Assembly: GCA_964016885.1 (NCBI GenBank)
Contig: OZ024742.1
Location: 282,658,001 to 282,722,000 of the forward strand
DNA: 64,000 nucleotides
Direction of reading: 5' to 3'
Source of the DNA: Eledone cirrhosa
Lineage: Eukaryota
The notes beneath the pieces were generated by a model. The model was not told the DNA's origin. It did no database searches and was given only the letters and a program-made list of their open reading frames with translations. The translations under genes were made by a program, and so were the position numbers. This document shows, one piece after another, positions 60,330 through 64,000 of this stretch (within the stretch, counting starts at the first letter, position 1; each line of letters opens with the position of its first letter).

Positions 60330-63300
60330 GGACGTGGTGTAAGTAGTTGCAGTAGTAATTGTTGTTGATGGTGGTATTGTAGATAGTTGTTGTGGGTGGT
60401 GGTGGTGGTGGTAGCAGGAGTTGGTTGTTGTAGTGATGGTGGTGGTGGTAACTGGTGTTGGTATTAGTGGTGGTGGTGGTGTTGGAGTTGGTAGTGATGG
60501 CGGTGGGAGCTGATGTTGGTGTTGATTGGTATAGGTGGTGATGATGGTAACTGGTGTTGGTATTGATGGTGGTGGTGATGATGGTAACTGGTGTTGGTAT
60601 TGATGGTGGTGGTGGTGGTGGTGGTAACTGGTAGTGGTGGTGGTGTTGGAGTTGGTGATAGCTGGTGTTGAAGTTGGTAGTGATGGTTGTGGTAGCTGAT
60701 GTTAATGTTGATTGGTATAGGTGATGATGATGGTAACTGGTGTTGGTATTGATGGTGGTGGTGGTGGTGGTAGCTGGTGTTGGTATTGGTGGTGGTGATG
60801 GTAGCTAGTGGTGGTATTGGTGGTGGTGATGGTAGCTAGTGGTGGTATTGGTGGTGGTGATGGTAGCTAGTGGTGGTATTGGTGATGGTAGCTAGTGGTG
60901 GTATTGGTGGTGGTAGCTAGTGGTGGTATTGGTGGTGGTGATGGTAGCTAGTGGTGGTATTGGTGATGGTAGCTAGTGGTGGTAGCTGGTGGTGGTGATG
61001 GTAGCTAGTGGTGGTATTGGTGATGGTAGCTAGTGGTGGTAGCTGGTGGTGGTGATGGTAGCTAGTGGTGGTATTGGTGGTGGTGATGGTAGCTAGTGGT
61101 GGTATTGGTGATGGTAGCTAGTGGTGGTATTGGTGGTGGTAGCTAGTGGTGGTATTGGTGGTGGTGATGGTAGCTAGTGGTGGTATTGGTGATGGTAGCT
61201 AGTGGTGGTAGCTGGTGGTGGTGATGGTAGCTAGTGGTGGTAGCTGGTGGTGGTGATGGTAGCTAGTGGTGGTATTGGTGGTGGTGGTGATGGTAGCTAG
61301 TGGTGGTATTGGTGATGGTAGCTAGTGGTGGTATTGGTGGTGGTGATGGTAGCTGGTGTTGGTATTGGTGGTGGTAGCTGGTGTTGGTATTGGTGGTGGT
61401 GATGGTAGCTAGTGGTGGTATTGGTGGTGGTAGCTGGTGTTGGTATTGGTGGTGGTGATGGTAGCTGGTGTTGGTATTGGTGGTGGTAGCTGGTGTTGGT
61501 ATTGGTGATGGTAGCTAGTGGTGGTATTGGTGGTGGTATTGGTGGTGGTGATGGTAGCTAGTGTTGGTGTTGGTGGTGGTGATGGTAGCTAGTGGTGGTG
61601 GTGGTGATGGTAGCTAGTGGTGGTATTGGTGGTGGTAGCTGGTGTTGGTATTGGTGATGGTAGCTGGTGTTGGTATTGGTGGTGGTAGCTGGTGTTGGTA
61701 TTGGTGATGGTAGCTGGTGTTGGTATTGGTGGTGGTAGCTGGTGTTGGTATTGGTGGTGGTAGCTGGTGTTGGTATTGGTGATGGTAGCTGGTGTTGGTA
61801 TTGGTGGTGGTAGCTGGTGTTGGTATTGGTGGTGGTGATGGTAGCTAGTGGTGGTATTGGTGGTGGTGATGGTAGCTGGTGTTGGTATTGGTGGTGGTGA
61901 TGGTAGCTAGTGGTGGTATTGGTGGTGGTGATGGTAGCTAGTGGTGGTATTGGTGGTGGTGATGGTAGCTAGTGGTGGTATTGGTGGTGGTGATGGTAGC
62001 TAGTGGTGGTATTGGTGGTGGTGGTGATGGTAGCTAGTGGTGGTATTGGTGATGGTAGCTAGTGGTGGTATTGGTGGTGGTGATGGTAGCTAGTGGTGGT
62101 ATTGGTGATGGTAGCTAGTGGTGGTATTGGTATTGGTGATGGTAGCTAGTGGTGGTATTGGTGGTGGTGATGGTAGCTAGTGGTGGTATTGGTGATGGTG
62201 ATGGTAGCTAGTGGTGGTAGCTGGTGGTGGTGATGGTAGCTAGTGGTGGTATTGGTGATGGTAGCTAGTGGTGGTAGCTGGTGGTGGTGATGGTAGCTAG
62301 TGGTGGTATTGGTGATGGTAGCTAGTGGTGGTATTGGTGGTGGTGGTGGTAGCTAGTGGTGGTATTGGTGATGGTAGCTAGTGGTGGTAGCTGGTGGTGG
62401 TGATGGTAGCTAGTGGTGGTATTGGTGATGGTAGCTAGTGGTGGTATTGGTGGTGGTAGCTAGTGGTGGTATTGGTGGTGGTAGCTAGTGGTGGTATTGG
62501 TGGTGGTGATGGTAGCTAGTGTTGGTGTTGGTGGTGGTAGCTAGTGGTGGTATTGGTGGTGGTAGCTAGTGGTGGTATTGGTGGTGGTATTGGTGGTGGT
62601 GATGGTAGCTGGTGTTGGTGGTGGTGATGGTAGCTAGTGGTGGTGGTGGTGATGGTAGCTAGTGGTGGTATTGGTGGTGGTAGCTAGTGGTGGTATTGGT
62701 GGTGGTAGCTGGTGTTGGTATTGGTGGTGGTGATGGTAGCTAGTGGTGGTATTGGTGATGGTAGCTGGTGGTGGTGATGGTAGCTAGTGGTGGTATTGGT
62801 GATGGTAGCTAGTGGTGGTATTGGTGGTGGTAGCTGGTGTTGGTATTGGTGGTGGTGATGGTAGCTAGTGTTGGTGTTGGTGGTGGTAGCTAGTGGTGGT
62901 ATTGGTGGTGGTAGCTGGTGTTGGTATTGGTGGTGGTGATGGTAGCTAGTGTTGGTATTGGTGGTGGTAGCTAGTGGTGGTATTGGTGGTGGTAGCTGGT
63001 GTTGGTATTGGTGGTGGTGATGGTAGCTAGTGGTGGTATTGGTGGTGGTAGCTGGTGGTGGTATTGGTGGTGGTAGCTAGTGGTGGTATTGGTGATGGTG
63101 ATGGTAGCTAGTGGTGGTATTGGTGGTGGTAGCTGGTGGTGGTAGCTGGTGTTGGTATTGGTGGTGGTGATGGTAGCTAGTGGTGGTATTGGTGGTGGTA
63201 GCTAGTGGTGGTATTGGTGGTGGTAGCTGGTGTTGGTATTGGTGGTGGTGATGGTAGCTAGTGTTGGTATTGGTGGTGGTAGCTAGTGGTGGTATTGGTG

Positions 63301-63445
63301 GTGGTAGCTGGTGTTGGTATTGGTGGTGGTGATGGTAGCTAGTGTTGGTATTGGTGGTGGTAGCTAGTGGTGGTATTGGTGGTGGTAGCTGGTGTTGGTA
63401 TTGGTGGTGGTGATGGTAGCTAGTGTTGGTGTTGGTGGTGGTGTA
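60330..63445. repeat. 3.1-kb (GGT)n-derived minisatellite with GGTAGCT(A/G)GT and GGTATT modules; 81-bp higher-order repeat near 62900-63420
   Basis: Direct reading; the 27-aa repeat in ORF 63077..63490 reflects the 81-bp period. Confidence 0.95.
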
Positions 63446-63729
63446 GTTATATTCAGAAGGATATACAACCAAAGTTGTCCTTAGCGCCATTCGAAATCAG
63501 AATACAAAAAGATTATTGGGTTAATGTTTTTTTTCTAGTTTTCCGCCATTTTATGTTTTATTGTGTGTGTGTGTATCCCCCCCCCCTCCCCCACATTGTT
63601 ACATATTGCTTTTTTATTTGTTACTAATGTTACTGTTATCTATTTCGTTATTAGTTTTAATCTGTGAAACATACTGTTTTGTTATAAATGTTATTACCAT
63701 GAAGTTTTGTTGTTATTGTTGTTACTGTC

Positions 63730-64000
63730 GTGAGGGCACGTCGTTTAGGGGTTAGGGTTTTCGACTCATGATCGTAAGGTAGTAAGTTCGATTATCGGCG
63801 GAGAGTTATGCCCTTGGGCAAGACATTTTATCTCACGTTGATTCAGCCAGTAATTCAAGGGGCCAGTCTTGTTAGAAAAAAAAAAAGAAATTATTTGTAC
63901 CAGTAATTCAAAGGGCCAGTCTTGTCACACGCTGTGTCACACTAAATCTCTCTCAGAACTACGTTAAGGATATACGTGTCTGTGTATGGTTTAGTCACTT
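63730..64000 (+). mobile_element. CORE-like SINE family B, runs off the window end
   Basis: GACTCATGATCGTAAGGTAGTAAGTTCGATT...CCTTGGGCAAGACATTTTATCTCACGTTG. Confidence 0.75.

Noticed and set aside
63077-63490. His/Pro/Thr-rich repeat ORF
   Set aside because: Translation of the GGT minisatellite; modules shift frame every unit and there is no splice or codon evidence.

Overview
AT-rich, microsatellite-saturated eukaryotic non-genic DNA. The repeat inventory (tRNA-type SINEs, RTE and CR1 LINEs, very long (TA)n-derived arrays) looks like a cephalopod/octopus genome; this is inference. I found no credible host protein-coding exon, and almost all of the ORF track is translated microsatellite. Recognisable coding remnants are an RTE-clade LINE (APE C-terminus, RT and an internal PHD-type finger; 46652-49577, minus), a CR1-type LINE 3' end, a CRE-like RLE-retroelement C-terminus and a decayed Tc1/mariner transposase. 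There are also hAT, pogo and mariner MITEs and more than 20 SINE copies. The main hidden signal is that many short unique islands between (TA)n runs are sequence-unrelated cassettes with a shared design. Each has a minimal type-I hammerhead ribozyme motif (stem I-CTGAnGA-stem II-GAAA-short, often palindromic stem III-TH-stem I'), often followed by AATAAA. Most also have an inverted copy of their own 3' tail placed at the 5' side, up to full 400-bp-arm palindromes. I read about 6 well-formed and about 8 degenerate motifs by eye, consistent with a diverse population of non-autonomous Penelope-like/retrozyme elements homing to (TA)n. The same 5' snap-back hairpin occurs on an RTE LINE and on a SINE. 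All structures were read by eye, none was computed or tested, and coordinates are approximate.
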